Shown here piece by piece: positions 50,643 to 60,139 of a stretch of DNA of 64,000 nt (its first letter is position 1; the number at the start of each line of letters is the position of its first letter). Source of the DNA: an uncultured bacterium (lineage in GTDB: Bacteria; Patescibacteriota; Patescibacteriia; UBA9570; XYC2-FULL-38-9); NCBI GenBank assembly GCA_937996685.1, contig CALKUP010000002.1, forward strand, positions 113,066 to 177,065, read 5' to 3'. Position numbers and translations under genes: made by a program. A model generated the notes under the pieces. It made no database searches. It worked only from the letters and a program-made list of their open reading frames with translations, and was not told the origin of the DNA.

Positions 50643-51554
50643 ATGTCTTCAATTATCCGTACAATTCGATTCGCGGCGCAGCATGTTTGGCGTAATTTAT
50701 GGCTTTCTGTTGTCACTTTGTTTTTGCTCGTATTAACAACTATCAGTATGACGCTGGTTGTTGGTTTGAATATCGTCGGCGGCCAGATTATTACAGCAAT
50801 TGAACAAAAGGTGGAAATTGATTTATATTTTTATCAATACGTTCCAGAGCAAGATGTGCTTGATGCGCAAGAATTTGTGCGTGGACTTCCGGAGACACAA
50901 AGTGTTCAGTACACATCCCCACAAGATGCATTGAAAGAATTTAAAGAGAGTCATGCTGACGACACAGCTTTATTGGCATCTCTCTCTGAATTAGATGACT
51001 CTGTATTACCTGCGAGCATCACGATTAAGGCAACGGAAATTTCTTCATATCCTGCAATTTTGGAATCAATCAAAAACTCACCGTACCAAGAATTTGTCGA
51101 CCGAACAGATTATTCAGATAATTCAGAGATGATTTCCCGTATCGAAGAGTTGACGCGTATTGCCAATCAAAGCGCCTTGGTGATTAGTACGATCTTCTTG
51201 ATTATTTCAATCATTGTTATTTTTAATACATTGCGTATTACGATTTATAATTATCGTGAAGAAATCGGGATCATGAAACTTGTCGGAGCAACGAACTCGT
51301 TCATTCGCTTGCCGTTTGTGCTCGAGGGCGCGTTGCTCGGCGCATTGGCTGCGGGTATTACGCTGATTTTAGGATATGGCTTGTTATTCTTGACTGATGA
51401 TTCAGTCCGCGCATTTTTTGAAGGGTACAACTTTTCGTTGTTTGCCTATGCGAAAACGTATTGGTATTACTTTTTCTTCGGAGAAATGATTGGTGCGATT
51501 GTATTGTCAGTGGTTTCCAGTATGATTGCAATCACTCGATATTTGAAAGTGTAA
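50643..51554 (+). CDS. ftsX: Cell division permease FtsX
   Basis: Adjacent to ftsE. 4 TM with a large extracytoplasmic loop. C-terminal FtsX domain (IMKLVGATNSFIRLPF). Confidence 0.85.
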   Translation: MSSIIRTIRFAAQHVWRNLWLSVVTLFLLVLTTISMTLVVGLNIVGGQIITAIEQKVEIDLYFYQYVPEQDVLDAQEFVRGLPETQSVQYTSPQDALKEFKESHADDTALLASLSELDDSVLPASITIKATEISSYPAILESIKNSPYQEFVDRTDYSDNSEMISRIEELTRIANQSALVISTIFLIISIIVIFNTLRITIYNYREEIGIMKLVGATNSFIRLPFVLEGALLGALAAGITLILGYGLLFLTDDSVRAFFEGYNFSLFAYAKTYWYYFFFGEMIGAIVLSVVSSMIAITRYLKV

Positions 51555-51580
51555 ATCCAATCCTGTTTTGTACATAAAAA

Positions 51581-51606
51581 GACCGTCACAGAATGACGGT
51601 CTTTTT
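51581..51606 (+). terminator. Rho-independent terminator after ftsX
   Basis: gaccgtca-cagaa-tgacggtc followed by TTTTT. Confidence 0.6.
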
Positions 51607-51613
51607 ATTTTCA

Positions 51614-51631
51614 TGCTGGGGAGGAGGGGAT
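51614..51631. repeat. 18-nt exact direct repeat of the tRNA-Gln 3' end (tgctggggaggaggggat); second copy at 51814..51831
   Basis: Identical 18-mer exactly 200 bp apart. Copy 2 is the T-stem/acceptor 3' half of tRNA-Gln. Confidence 0.7.
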
Positions 51632-51815
51632 TTCGCCTTGCTGGCTCACGCCAGCTTCGTTGTCCTGGGCAGCGCCAATTTGCCACTGGCAAATCGTCGA
51701 CATTCACTGCGTCGCGATCCTTCCTTTGGTCGTTTCGCTCCTGGTTCATTCCTGCCCGTTCGATCCCTCTCAATAAAAAAAAGAATCCGCCCAAAAGGAC
51801 GAATTCATTTTTTTG

Positions 51816-51887
51816 CTGGGGAGGAGGGGATCGAACCCCCGAATGCATGGACCAAAACCATGTGCCTTACCGCTTGGCGACTCCCCA
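51816..51887 (-). tRNA. tRNA-Gln (anticodon UUG), CCA not encoded
   Basis: Manual cloverleaf: U1-A72 acceptor TGGGGAG/CTCCCCA, D-arm GCC-AAGCGGTAA-GGC, anticodon arm CATGG-TTTTGGT-CCATG, T-arm GGGGG-TTCGATC-CCCTC, discriminator G. The ORF track entries 51568..51891 and 51593..51895 across it are spurious. Confidence 0.8.
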
Positions 51888-51981
51888 ATAGATGAGTGCG
51901 CTTGAAGTAGGATATCAAATTCTCAAATTCTCGTCAATAAAATCCTTGTATTTTTACAAGACGGCTGTATTATAGAGATAT

Positions 51982-53289
51982 ATGAATGATTTATCAGCGG
52001 CCCGCGCATTTATTGGTGATTCCCTTGGCTTTCACATTATCTTTGCTTTATTCGGTGTTGGTTTGCCGCTTGCCATTTTTTGTATTGAATGGTGGAGTAT
52101 TCGCCGAAAAAGCGCTGAACTGCTGTCTCTTGCTCATTTTTTGACTCGTATCATGTCATTGTTTGTGATTGTGGGAGTTGTTTCAGGAACGCTGATTGCA
52201 ATTCAAATGAGTGTTATTTGGTCAGGACTTGTTGATTTTGGGGCGCCGATTATCGGAATTCCATTTGCGCTTGAAGGGTATGCGTTTTTGATTGAAGCTG
52301 TGTTTTTGGGTTTTTATGTTTCAACATGGAAGCGGTATGCCGGGTATCATCATCTACTGCTGCTTGTTCCAGTGATTCTTGGTGCTGGCATGTCAGCGGT
52401 ATTTATTACGCTAGCAAATGCTTGGATGAATAATCCGCAAGGCTTTGAAATGGTAAATGGAGTCATGACAAATATCCATCCATGGAAAGGACTTCTTACC
52501 GCAACGGCATTTTTTGAAATTGCACACTCTCTAATTTCATATTACATGACAACATTTTTTGCAATTGCTGGTGTGTGTACATTCCTTATTACCAAAGGTG
52601 GCTCACAGCAGCGGGCACGTGCTCTACGGCTTGTTGTGAATCGTTTCATGTTATTTGGTTTTGTGTGTATTATTTTGCTTGCAGGTCTCGGACATGCGTC
52701 AATGCAACATCTTGCACAAGCAGAGCCGCGTAAATTCGCCGCAATTCAAATGCAGCCAGAAACATTGGATCATGCGCCGTATGTGATTGGAGGTCACCTT
52801 GATTCAAATGAGGAGCATTTGGAAGGAGGACTTCGTATTCCAAATGGATTAAGTATCCTTGCGGATAACGATGCGGATACTGTTGTTCGTGGACTTCGAG
52901 AATATCCGCGCGCTGATTGGCCGCTGTTGATTGTCAATCGTCTCTTTGAAGTAAAGATGGTGCTTGTTGGTTTTTTGACGCTGATCCCATTGCTGTATCT
53001 TGCGTTGTATCGTCGTGCACAAAAAATGTCGCTTGATAGTCGTATCGCGGGTTGGCTTGTACTTTGTTCGGGTCCGCTGTCCGTTCTTCTTGTAGAGCTC
53101 GGCTGGATGATTACAGAGCTTGGTAGGCAGCCATATGCGGTTGCAGGATATTTGCGCGTTGAACAAGCGTTTACTGCAAGCGTCTCGGTGATGGAGTGGG
53201 GATTTATTTTCCCTGTAGCTTTTGTCTTGCTGTTTGTTGTGTCGTTTGGCGTTGCTTTTCAAATGATTCGTAAAGAAGGACCACTATGA
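51982..53289 (+). CDS. cydA: Cytochrome bd-type quinol oxidase subunit I
   Basis: Polytopic. C-terminal Q-loop/GRQPY motif (ELGRQPYAVAGYLRVEQAF). N-terminal HIIFALFGVGLP region typical of CydA. Confidence 0.75.
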   Translation: MNDLSAARAFIGDSLGFHIIFALFGVGLPLAIFCIEWWSIRRKSAELLSLAHFLTRIMSLFVIVGVVSGTLIAIQMSVIWSGLVDFGAPIIGIPFALEGYAFLIEAVFLGFYVSTWKRYAGYHHLLLLVPVILGAGMSAVFITLANAWMNNPQGFEMVNGVMTNIHPWKGLLTATAFFEIAHSLISYYMTTFFAIAGVCTFLITKGGSQQRARALRLVVNRFMLFGFVCIILLAGLGHASMQHLAQAEPRKFAAIQMQPETLDHAPYVIGGHLDSNEEHLEGGLRIPNGLSILADNDADTVVRGLREYPRADWPLLIVNRLFEVKMVLVGFLTLIPLLYLALYRRAQKMSLDSRIAGWLVLCSGPLSVLLVELGWMITELGRQPYAVAGYLRVEQAFTASVSVMEWGFIFPVAFVLLFVVSFGVAFQMIRKEGPL

Positions 53290-53810
53290 ACATCGCATTA
53301 TTTTTTGTTATTTTTCCGTTAGTGCTCTATGTCCCGCTATTGCTCATTGAAATGAATCTGTCATTTTTGAGTATCGCCCGAGGTCGCTCGTTTAATGATT
53401 ACATGCATGTGACGTGGGAAACAACACATACCTTATTGATCCTTTCAGTGATCGCGTTTGTGTGGTTGTTCAATGACGCAGTGCCAATGGTGGCTCCTGT
53501 TGTTGCGCTTCCGTTGCTTCTCGCGGCTCTTTGCTTTTTATTACGGGCTGCTGCATATATTATTGTGTACTATGAATGGGGGACGCATCCACTGCAGCGA
53601 TTTGCGAGTCAATGTTTTGCAGTATCACACCTTGTGCTGGTTGCTGGCCTGTTATGGGTAGTGTATGGAGTTGCAACAACAGTGCCGTGGAATACGGTTG
53701 TGATTCAATCAAGTTTGATTATCTATCTCTGGCCAGGTGCAATCGCAACGCTTGTTATCGTGGCGTTTCCGGTTGCTCAAATGTATAAAACACTCGCTTC
53801 AATCGATTAA
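53286..53810 (+). CDS. Small polytopic membrane protein translationally coupled to cydA (possible reduced subunit II-like partner)
   Basis: ATGA overlap with cydA. 174 aa, 5 TM helices. Too short for canonical CydB. Confidence 0.35.
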   Translation: MNIALFFVIFPLVLYVPLLLIEMNLSFLSIARGRSFNDYMHVTWETTHTLLILSVIAFVWLFNDAVPMVAPVVALPLLLAALCFLLRAAAYIIVYYEWGTHPLQRFASQCFAVSHLVLVAGLLWVVYGVATTVPWNTVVIQSSLIIYLWPGAIATLVIVAFPVAQMYKTLASID

Positions 53811-55183
53811 AGAATTTGCGTTTCTTCAATGTCTGTTGTGCGGCCTTCGAAGATGACTTCAAGTGCGCGATTCGTCCCTTGATGTGGCGCGTTTGCAAAG
53901 CCGCTGTAGGCAGCTTCTGCGAGCCAACCAGAATGCACCCAATCGAGTAGCCAGTCTCCAGCGTTGCTTGGGGCTAATTGATCAATGCCAGCACCGGTTG
54001 AAAGGAGCCATTGTCGATTAAAGTCTTCTTGTGATCCAACGGGTTCTGTCATAATGATAGGAAGACCGAGTCCGGCGTAAAACGACAACTCGCTTGGTTT
54101 TGTCCATAGTACATCAGTTTCGTTGAGGACATGGTTGAATTTTTCAAAGTAATGATATTTGTTTGCGTCGTACACAATATTCACAAGATGGCCGTGGTCA
54201 GCGAGGCCTAGTTCGCGGCAGAGGTTTTCAAAATAGCGAAACACATCATCTCGTGATCCGGCAATCAGATTGAGCTTAATGCGACCTTCAAGAATGTGCG
54301 GCTGCAAACTGCGCAGAATGGTGCTCGCAACTTCACGCTGTGCTCCAGCACCACCAACAGCAAACGTGACAGTCAGTGGATGGTGATCTTCGATCACGCA
54401 ATATTGAGTGCCAAGATATTGCTCCAATGTTTTCATGTACTTTTCACGCCATTTGTTTTCTGGATCAAGAGCACAAAGCCTCCGGCCAACAGACGTCTTG
54501 AGAACCTCAAAGTCATCCCCAATGTTTTCAGCAGGAAGCGGGAAGCCAGTGGTGATAATGTTTTTTTCTGGAACACCGTAGCGAATCAAACGCTCTTTCA
54601 CACGAAAGGTCGGAGCGAGGTATTGAATACGTGTTGTTTCAGCATTCAGCGGTGCCCATGCGCGACTGACATCGGTGTCTGTGCAGATACAGTAAATATC
54701 GCCTTGATATCCGTGCTCTTCAGCAAAAAAGGCAATCGTGAAAAATGATGTAATCAGTGGTAGTGGTTTTTCGTTCAGCGTGTCGATCAAGTGTTTACCC
54801 CAACCGCGTTTAATCAATCCGTAGATTTGCTTGAGCTGAAAGGACGGATCATGCTCAGTGCGTTTTGGGTAGAACGGTTGAATCCGTTGCATGTAGTCCA
54901 TGATGCCAAACGCAGCCGTCCCAAGCAGTGGGATGCGTTTCATCCGAGAAATTTTTTCGTAAAATGATTGGCCGGATGTCCAGAGTTTTTGATCGCGCTT
55001 CGGAATGCCTTGGTAGTGATTCGCAACAATAATAGTACTGCCGGTTTCGTTCCAGCTATCTGGAGCCACAGCAACATGCGCGAGTGGATAGACAGCGCGT
55101 TGATGGCCATAGCCCATGTCGACGGTAACGACGTAGGCTTCTTGTGTGGTGGGTGTTTTGGGATTTTGGGGTGTGGTTTCCAT
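53807..55183 (-). CDS. Putative GT-B fold glycosyltransferase (MGDG-synthase / UgtP-like)
   Basis: 458 aa. N-terminal MGYGHQRA motif and overall two-Rossmann-domain length. Assignment uncertain. Confidence 0.35.
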   Translation of the reverse strand: METTPQNPKTPTTQEAYVVTVDMGYGHQRAVYPLAHVAVAPDSWNETGSTIIVANHYQGIPKRDQKLWTSGQSFYEKISRMKRIPLLGTAAFGIMDYMQRIQPFYPKRTEHDPSFQLKQIYGLIKRGWGKHLIDTLNEKPLPLITSFFTIAFFAEEHGYQGDIYCICTDTDVSRAWAPLNAETTRIQYLAPTFRVKERLIRYGVPEKNIITTGFPLPAENIGDDFEVLKTSVGRRLCALDPENKWREKYMKTLEQYLGTQYCVIEDHHPLTVTFAVGGAGAQREVASTILRSLQPHILEGRIKLNLIAGSRDDVFRYFENLCRELGLADHGHLVNIVYDANKYHYFEKFNHVLNETDVLWTKPSELSFYAGLGLPIIMTEPVGSQEDFNRQWLLSTGAGIDQLAPSNAGDWLLDWVHSGWLAEAAYSGFANAPHQGTNRALEVIFEGRTTDIEETQIL

Positions 55184-55199
55184 ATCCCAATAGTATACC

Positions 55200-56339
55200 T
55201 TATTTTCGAGTCAAATGCGTTACCAGCTCAACATGGGGTGTGTGTGGAAACATGTCGATCGCTCGCATGAATGAAACGGTGTAGTGTTTTTTCAATTGAA
55301 CCATTTCACGGGCAAAGTTTTTTGCATTGCACGAAACGTAGATAATCTCAGGTGGAAGGATGCGCAGAACATCAGCAAGAGCTGAATCGTGCATGCCGCT
55401 GCGTGGTGGGTCAAGGATCACGCAATCCGCGTTATATCCGCCCCAGTCAAAGTCTTCTGTTTTTTGGGCGGTGAGTTCAATACGGTCAGTTCCAATGCCG
55501 TTGAGTGTCGCATTTCGCCGCGCATCTTCAATGGCTTCTGGAACAATTTCAACCCCGATCACTGTTGTGTCTGGAAGTTTCATTGCGGCGCTTATTCCAA
55601 AAAATCCAGAACCACAATACAGGTCAAGGAGGGTTTTTGGTGCTACTGCTGCGATGCGTTCCAAAACTGTTTGCTGCAAGACACTCGCGCCATGCGGATT
55701 CGTTTGAAAAAAGGCATTTGGAGAAATTGCAAATTGTACGCCATTGATTTCTTCGTGAATGACGCCATCGCCAGAAATCACACGGAGTTCATCGCCGACG
55801 CTCACATCTGAAATGGTGTGGTTAATGCTCCAGATAACAGTTGTGGCGCCGCTGCTGCTCGCGAGTGTTTCCAGTGCCGTTTGTGTCGCAGCTTCTTCTG
55901 CAGGGTCTGCGGGCGCGCTTGTGACAATCGTAATCATGGTTTCGCCTTTGAGCGTGGAGCGAATCACAGCATAGCGGAGCAGTCCGGTGTGTGCCTTGCG
56001 ATCAAAAAATGTTAACTCGGAGGTCTTCGTCCAATCTCGGACACTGTGAAACAAGCGTTCAATATCTTCACTCGCTAAAAAGCAGGTGTGGTCGTCGATC
56101 ACGCGCCACCACTTTCCTTTTTGCCGCAAACCAACACGACCTTCAAAATCGATGACAAAATCCATTCGGTTGCGGAAGTGTTCTGTTACGGGTGAGGGGA
56201 GGATTTCCTCGCATTTCAAATCCAGCTCTTTCAAGGCGAATGATCCGTTAATGTCTGCAAGTTTTTGGGTGAGTTGTTTGTCATACGGGATATGTGACCA
56301 ACCACATGATCCGCAGAGCTCTTTGTTTGGGCAATTCAT
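55200..56339 (-). CDS. 23S rRNA (uracil-C5)-methyltransferase RlmD/RumA family (TRAM plus SAM-dependent methyltransferase)
   Basis: N-terminal Cys cluster CPNKELCGSCGW. SAM motif LLDLYCGSGFFG. C-terminal catalytic Cys in DPPRSG...VSCN. Confidence 0.85.
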   Translation of the reverse strand: MNCPNKELCGSCGWSHIPYDKQLTQKLADINGSFALKELDLKCEEILPSPVTEHFRNRMDFVIDFEGRVGLRQKGKWWRVIDDHTCFLASEDIERLFHSVRDWTKTSELTFFDRKAHTGLLRYAVIRSTLKGETMITIVTSAPADPAEEAATQTALETLASSSGATTVIWSINHTISDVSVGDELRVISGDGVIHEEINGVQFAISPNAFFQTNPHGASVLQQTVLERIAAVAPKTLLDLYCGSGFFGISAAMKLPDTTVIGVEIVPEAIEDARRNATLNGIGTDRIELTAQKTEDFDWGGYNADCVILDPPRSGMHDSALADVLRILPPEIIYVSCNAKNFAREMVQLKKHYTVSFMRAIDMFPHTPHVELVTHLTRK

Positions 56340-56411
56340 GCCTATACTGTAGCAAATGAGTTATAAAAACGCTATTTTTTGCGTATGTTACACATTGCTG
56401 GGGATAAATAA

Positions 56412-56440
56412 TTGACAAAATCACAAAAAAGTTGCATTAT
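56412..56440 (+). promoter_or_regulatory. Near-consensus sigma70 promoter TTGACA-17-CATTAT; ATG 6 nt downstream (leaderless)
   Basis: TTGACA 56412-56417, 17-nt spacer, CATTAT 56435-56440. ATG 56447. Confidence 0.5.
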
Positions 56441-56446
56441 GTGCCC

Positions 56447-56524
56447 ATGTTTAAAGGAATGATTGCAGTCAGTATTGCTCTCTTCTTGTTCATCATGGTG
56501 AGCAGCACAATGTCCATTGCATAG
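56447..56524 (+). CDS. Unannotated 25-aa hydrophobic peptide (MFKGMIAVSIALFLFIMVSSTMSIA) immediately upstream of ppnK
   Basis: Leaderless start right after a consensus promoter. Stop TAG 2 nt before the ppnK ATG (TAGGCATG). Single TM helix. Confidence 0.3.
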   Translation: MFKGMIAVSIALFLFIMVSSTMSIA

Positions 56525-56526
56525 GC

Positions 56527-57318
56527 ATGAAACGTGTCTATGTGGTCGGAATGGTGCGCGACGCATTGATTGACCGTATTAAGAAGGGATATCCAGGTCT
56601 TCAGGTAGTGAATGACCGTTTTTTGGTTGACGGAGATGTTGGGAAGGCGGATTGCGATGTGGTGATTTGTTACGGAGGCGATGGAACATTGTTGTATGGA
56701 GAAGAACATATCCCGGAGGTTCCAAAAATGATGCTGCGGAATACGATGCTGTGTGATTCCTGTGTTGCGCGGACAGAGCGCGACATGCTTGCAGCGCTGG
56801 CTGATGATCAGTATACGATTCAAGAGTACGATAAATTAGAAGCACGTGGTGCGCGGACACATACAGCGTTATATGATGTGATGATTGGTCACGCGCGTGT
56901 GAACATGAGCGTGCGTCTGCGTTTTGCTGTGAATGGAAAACCGCATGTAGAAGAGGTTGTTGGTGATGGCATTGTGATCAGTACAGCACTTGGTTCAACA
57001 GGGTATTATCAAAGTATTACGCGGAGTAATTTTAGTGGCGGGATTGGTATTGCATTTAATAACTCCGTCAATACAATGAGTAATGTTGTTGTTGATGCAG
57101 ATTCTGTTATTGATGTTGACATTACACGCGGGCCAGCAGTGCTCGCAACAGACAATACAGAAGATACAGAAATCGTGGAGACGGGAAATGCAATTCAGAT
57201 TCGACGATCGCAGCACACTGGAAAATTACTGTCATTTGCAGGAGAGCTTGAGCAATACAATTTTGCGACACACCGTTTTCCAGCGGGAATTTGTCAGCTC
57301 TGTCAATCACACATATGA
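56527..57318 (+). CDS. ppnK: NAD(+) kinase
   Basis: GGDGT motif (ICYGGDGTLL). DGIVISTALGSTGYYQS NAD-kinase C-terminal motif. Confidence 0.85.
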   Translation: MKRVYVVGMVRDALIDRIKKGYPGLQVVNDRFLVDGDVGKADCDVVICYGGDGTLLYGEEHIPEVPKMMLRNTMLCDSCVARTERDMLAALADDQYTIQEYDKLEARGARTHTALYDVMIGHARVNMSVRLRFAVNGKPHVEEVVGDGIVISTALGSTGYYQSITRSNFSGGIGIAFNNSVNTMSNVVVDADSVIDVDITRGPAVLATDNTEDTEIVETGNAIQIRRSQHTGKLLSFAGELEQYNFATHRFPAGICQLCQSHI

Positions 57319-57893
57319 TTTCCATTGTTACTGGTAACACAAAAAAATTCACAGAAATGCAACATGCGCTTTCTGCATTTGATATCGCGGTTGAGCAAGT
57401 GCAGGTTGATGTTCCGGAATTACAAACACGTGATCACGAGGCAGTGATTCGCGCAAAAACAGCGGCGGCCTATGCGGCGACACAGCGTCCGGTGCTTGTT
57501 GATGATTCGGGTTTTTATATTGAGCGGCACCAGCAATTCCCAGGTGTGTACACAAAAGATGTGTACAAGATGATTGGGTATGACGGTTTGCGGGCGTTGA
57601 CCTCTGAAGGAGACGCAGCGGAGTTTCGGTGCTTTGTTGGATATATGGACGAGACGCTCAACGAGCCAATGATTTTTCGTGGTGTGTACTCTGGCAGCGT
57701 GACGCATGACTTTGACAGCGAGGCTGCCGCGAAGACCCATGCTGAAATGCCGTATGTTGTCTTGTTTGTGCCGGACATCCAGCCGAATACAAATGCTTCA
57801 AAATCCCTTGCATATTTTTCTGAAGACGAGCGCTCGAGTGATCACAGACATCAAGCCTTGCAGGCATTTGCACAGTGGTATCGCTCGCGGTAA
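57315..57893 (+). CDS. rdgB: Non-canonical purine NTP pyrophosphatase (RdgB/HAM1 family)
   Basis: N-terminus ISIVTGNTKKFTE. Substrate-binding segments VDDSGFYIE and FPGVYTK. ATGA overlap with ppnK. Confidence 0.8.
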   Translation: MISIVTGNTKKFTEMQHALSAFDIAVEQVQVDVPELQTRDHEAVIRAKTAAAYAATQRPVLVDDSGFYIERHQQFPGVYTKDVYKMIGYDGLRALTSEGDAAEFRCFVGYMDETLNEPMIFRGVYSGSVTHDFDSEAAAKTHAEMPYVVLFVPDIQPNTNASKSLAYFSEDERSSDHRHQALQAFAQWYRSR

Positions 57894-57902
57894 ACTGTCT
57901 AC

Positions 57903-59249
57903 ATGAATATCACATTTTATGGTGCAAGTGAGCAAGTGACAGGTTCGCAATATCTTGTGCAATCAACTCAAACAACGTTATTGGTCGATTCTGGTTTATT
58001 TCAAGGAAGCGGTGATAATTGGAAAGAGAATTTCGCTGATTTTTCGTTTGACCCACAAACGGTTGATGCGTTGGTGTTGACGCACGCGCATTTAGATCAT
58101 TGCGGTCGGATTCCAAAATTGGTGCGCGAAGGATTTTCTGGAAAAATTATCGGAACAGCTCCAACGCTTGAGCTCGCGCGGTTAATCTTGGAAGACTCGG
58201 TTCGGATTATTGAAGAGCATGCGATTGAGCAAGGAATGCCGCAGTTGTACTCAGTGGAAGATGTGTCAGCAGCGACGGAGTTGTTTCATCCAATTTCTTA
58301 TCACGAAAAAACATTGGTGGGCGATATTGCAATCGAGTTGTATGACGCGGGTCATATTCTTGGGTCATCAATTGTAGTGCTTGAGTCAGAGAGTAAGCGT
58401 GTGGTGTTTTCTGGTGATCTTGGAAATGCGCCAGTGCCGTTGTTGTATCCAACAGAATATATTGAGAGCGCGGATTTGGTCGTTATGGAATCAACATATG
58501 GCGGACGCATTCACGAAGATGTTGCGACTCGAACAGCAGAGCTCAAGGCGATTATTGCAGAGACGGTGAATGCCGGCGGAGTGTTAATGATTCCGGCCTT
58601 TGCATTAGAGCGCACGCAAGAATTGTTGTTTGAGATGAATAAAATGGTTGAGCGAAAAGAAATTCCAGATGTACCAATCTATTTAGATAGCCCGCTGGCC
58701 ATTAATGCGACAAATGTCTTTTTGCGGTATCCAGAATATTTAAATGATGAAACGCAGCTCAAAATGAAAGGGGATAATATTTTTGATTTCCCCGGACTCT
58801 TGATGACAGAATCAGTGGCGAAGTCAAAAATGATTAACCACGCGCCGGCACCAAAAATTATTATTGCGGGAAGTGGAATGGCAGAAGGTGGTCGAATTGT
58901 TAAGCACATTGAACGTTATATCGGCAGCCCACAAAATCACTATTTGATTATCGGATATCAAGTAGAAGGAACACTTGGCCGGGCCCTGCGTGACGGAGAA
59001 AAAATAGTGAAGATTAATGGGCAAGAATTTGAGGTGAATGCAAAGGTGTCTGCAATCGGCGGGTATTCAGCGCACGCAGATCAAGACAAGTTGACTGACT
59101 GGCTCCTTCATATGAATCAAAGTCGATTGAAGCAAGTGTGTATTACACACGGGGAGCTTGAGCAAGCAACAGCGTTTAAACAGCACATTGAAGAACATGT
59201 GTCTGCAAGCGTCACTATTCCACATGTTGGCCAGGTGATCACTGTCTAA
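57903..59249 (+). CDS. MBL-fold beta-CASP family RNA-metabolising hydrolase (RNase J-like, short form)
   Basis: HxHxDH motif LTHAHLDHCG. Beta-CASP region. 448 aa. Confidence 0.75.
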   Translation: MNITFYGASEQVTGSQYLVQSTQTTLLVDSGLFQGSGDNWKENFADFSFDPQTVDALVLTHAHLDHCGRIPKLVREGFSGKIIGTAPTLELARLILEDSVRIIEEHAIEQGMPQLYSVEDVSAATELFHPISYHEKTLVGDIAIELYDAGHILGSSIVVLESESKRVVFSGDLGNAPVPLLYPTEYIESADLVVMESTYGGRIHEDVATRTAELKAIIAETVNAGGVLMIPAFALERTQELLFEMNKMVERKEIPDVPIYLDSPLAINATNVFLRYPEYLNDETQLKMKGDNIFDFPGLLMTESVAKSKMINHAPAPKIIIAGSGMAEGGRIVKHIERYIGSPQNHYLIIGYQVEGTLGRALRDGEKIVKINGQEFEVNAKVSAIGGYSAHADQDKLTDWLLHMNQSRLKQVCITHGELEQATAFKQHIEEHVSASVTIPHVGQVITV

Positions 59250-59303
59250 TGCCGTTGAGTTGTGCTATGCTGTATCTATAATTAGTCATTTTATTTAGAT
59301 AGT

Positions 59304-59636
59304 ATGGCAACAAAGAAAAAAACTACTTCAAAATTTTTAATCGGCGCTGGTGTTGCAGCTGCAACAGCGGCTGGCATGGTTGCGTTTTTAACACAAACCA
59401 AACACGGTAAAGCAATGATTAAAGAAGGTCGCGAACATGCGGAAGATTTGTCACGTGAAATCAGTAAGCGTGTTGAAAAGAGTACAAAGATGACCAAGAA
59501 AATGTACGAAGACATGATCGATGATTTACTGGTTGAGTACACAAAGCGTAAAAAGATGACTGAAGCCGCGGCAAAAGAGTTGTCTGCTTCTCTCAAAAAA
59601 GAGTGGACAAAAGTACAAAAGGAATTGAAGAAATAA
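59304..59636 (+). CDS. Small Lys-rich protein with an N-terminal TM helix (YtxH-like)
   Basis: TM FLIGAGVAAATAAGMVAFL followed by a charged helical region. Confidence 0.45.
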   Translation: MATKKKTTSKFLIGAGVAAATAAGMVAFLTQTKHGKAMIKEGREHAEDLSREISKRVEKSTKMTKKMYEDMIDDLLVEYTKRKKMTEAAAKELSASLKKEWTKVQKELKK

Positions 59637-59657
59637 CAACTGCCGACAACGCAGGGG

Positions 59658-59686
59658 AAACCGTGGACAAGATCCGCGGTTTTTTG
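59658..59686 (+). terminator. Rho-independent terminator after the small gene
   Basis: aaaccgtgg-acaagat-ccgcggttt then TTTTT. Confidence 0.55.
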
Positions 59687-59699
59687 TACACTGCCGGGA

Positions 59700-60134
59700 A
59701 TGAAAGAATTACATCGTGTTCGCGGGATTGTGCGCCGTGGGAATCAACTTGGGAGAACGCTCGGATATCCGACGGCAAATATGATATTGCATCAAGATAT
59801 TCGTGATGGTGTGTATGTTAGTCTCACGTCTATTGATCGTTGTCCTGCCGCGCTGCAAAAAAAATATCGCTCGCAGATGGTTGAGTGGAATGGAAAGATG
59901 TGGCTTCGAAGCCTGACGTTTATTGGAGCAGCGGAAACATTTGGTGGAACAAAGCGTAAAATTGAAACTTTTATTTTAGACTTTAATGGAAATCTCTATA
60001 CACATTGGCTGACTGTTTCGTTGTTGTCATATGTGCGCGGTTCAAAAAAATTTAAGACTGTGGATGATTTGCTTGTTGCGATGAACAATGATACAACCAC
60101 GGCTCGGGCATACTTTGAAAAATTTGATTTATAA
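59700..60134 (+). CDS. Monofunctional riboflavin kinase (RibF C-terminal domain homolog)
   Basis: GRTLGYPTANM flavokinase motif. 144 aa. No FAD-synthetase domain. Confidence 0.8.
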   Translation: MKELHRVRGIVRRGNQLGRTLGYPTANMILHQDIRDGVYVSLTSIDRCPAALQKKYRSQMVEWNGKMWLRSLTFIGAAETFGGTKRKIETFILDFNGNLYTHWLTVSLLSYVRGSKKFKTVDDLLVAMNNDTTTARAYFEKFDL

Positions 60135-60139
60135 GACAT

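Noticed and set aside
51632-51813. tmRNA or SRP RNA in the segment between the tRNA-Gln repeat copies
   Set aside because: The minus strand lacks a tRNA-like 5' acceptor partner and a recognisable tag-peptide reading frame (tmRNA). The conserved SRP helix-8 GGAA-tetraloop / AGCAGC motif does not align convincingly. Left as unassigned structured RNA pending covariance-model search.
51568-51895. Two overlapping + strand ORFs (107 and 100 aa)
   Set aside because: They run straight through tRNA-Gln and the structured non-coding segment. Composition is not protein-like.
59637-59699. FMN riboswitch ahead of the riboflavin kinase and riboflavin synthase genes
   Set aside because: Only 63 nt of intergenic sequence, occupied by a terminator hairpin. 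Too short for an FMN aptamer of about 140 nt.
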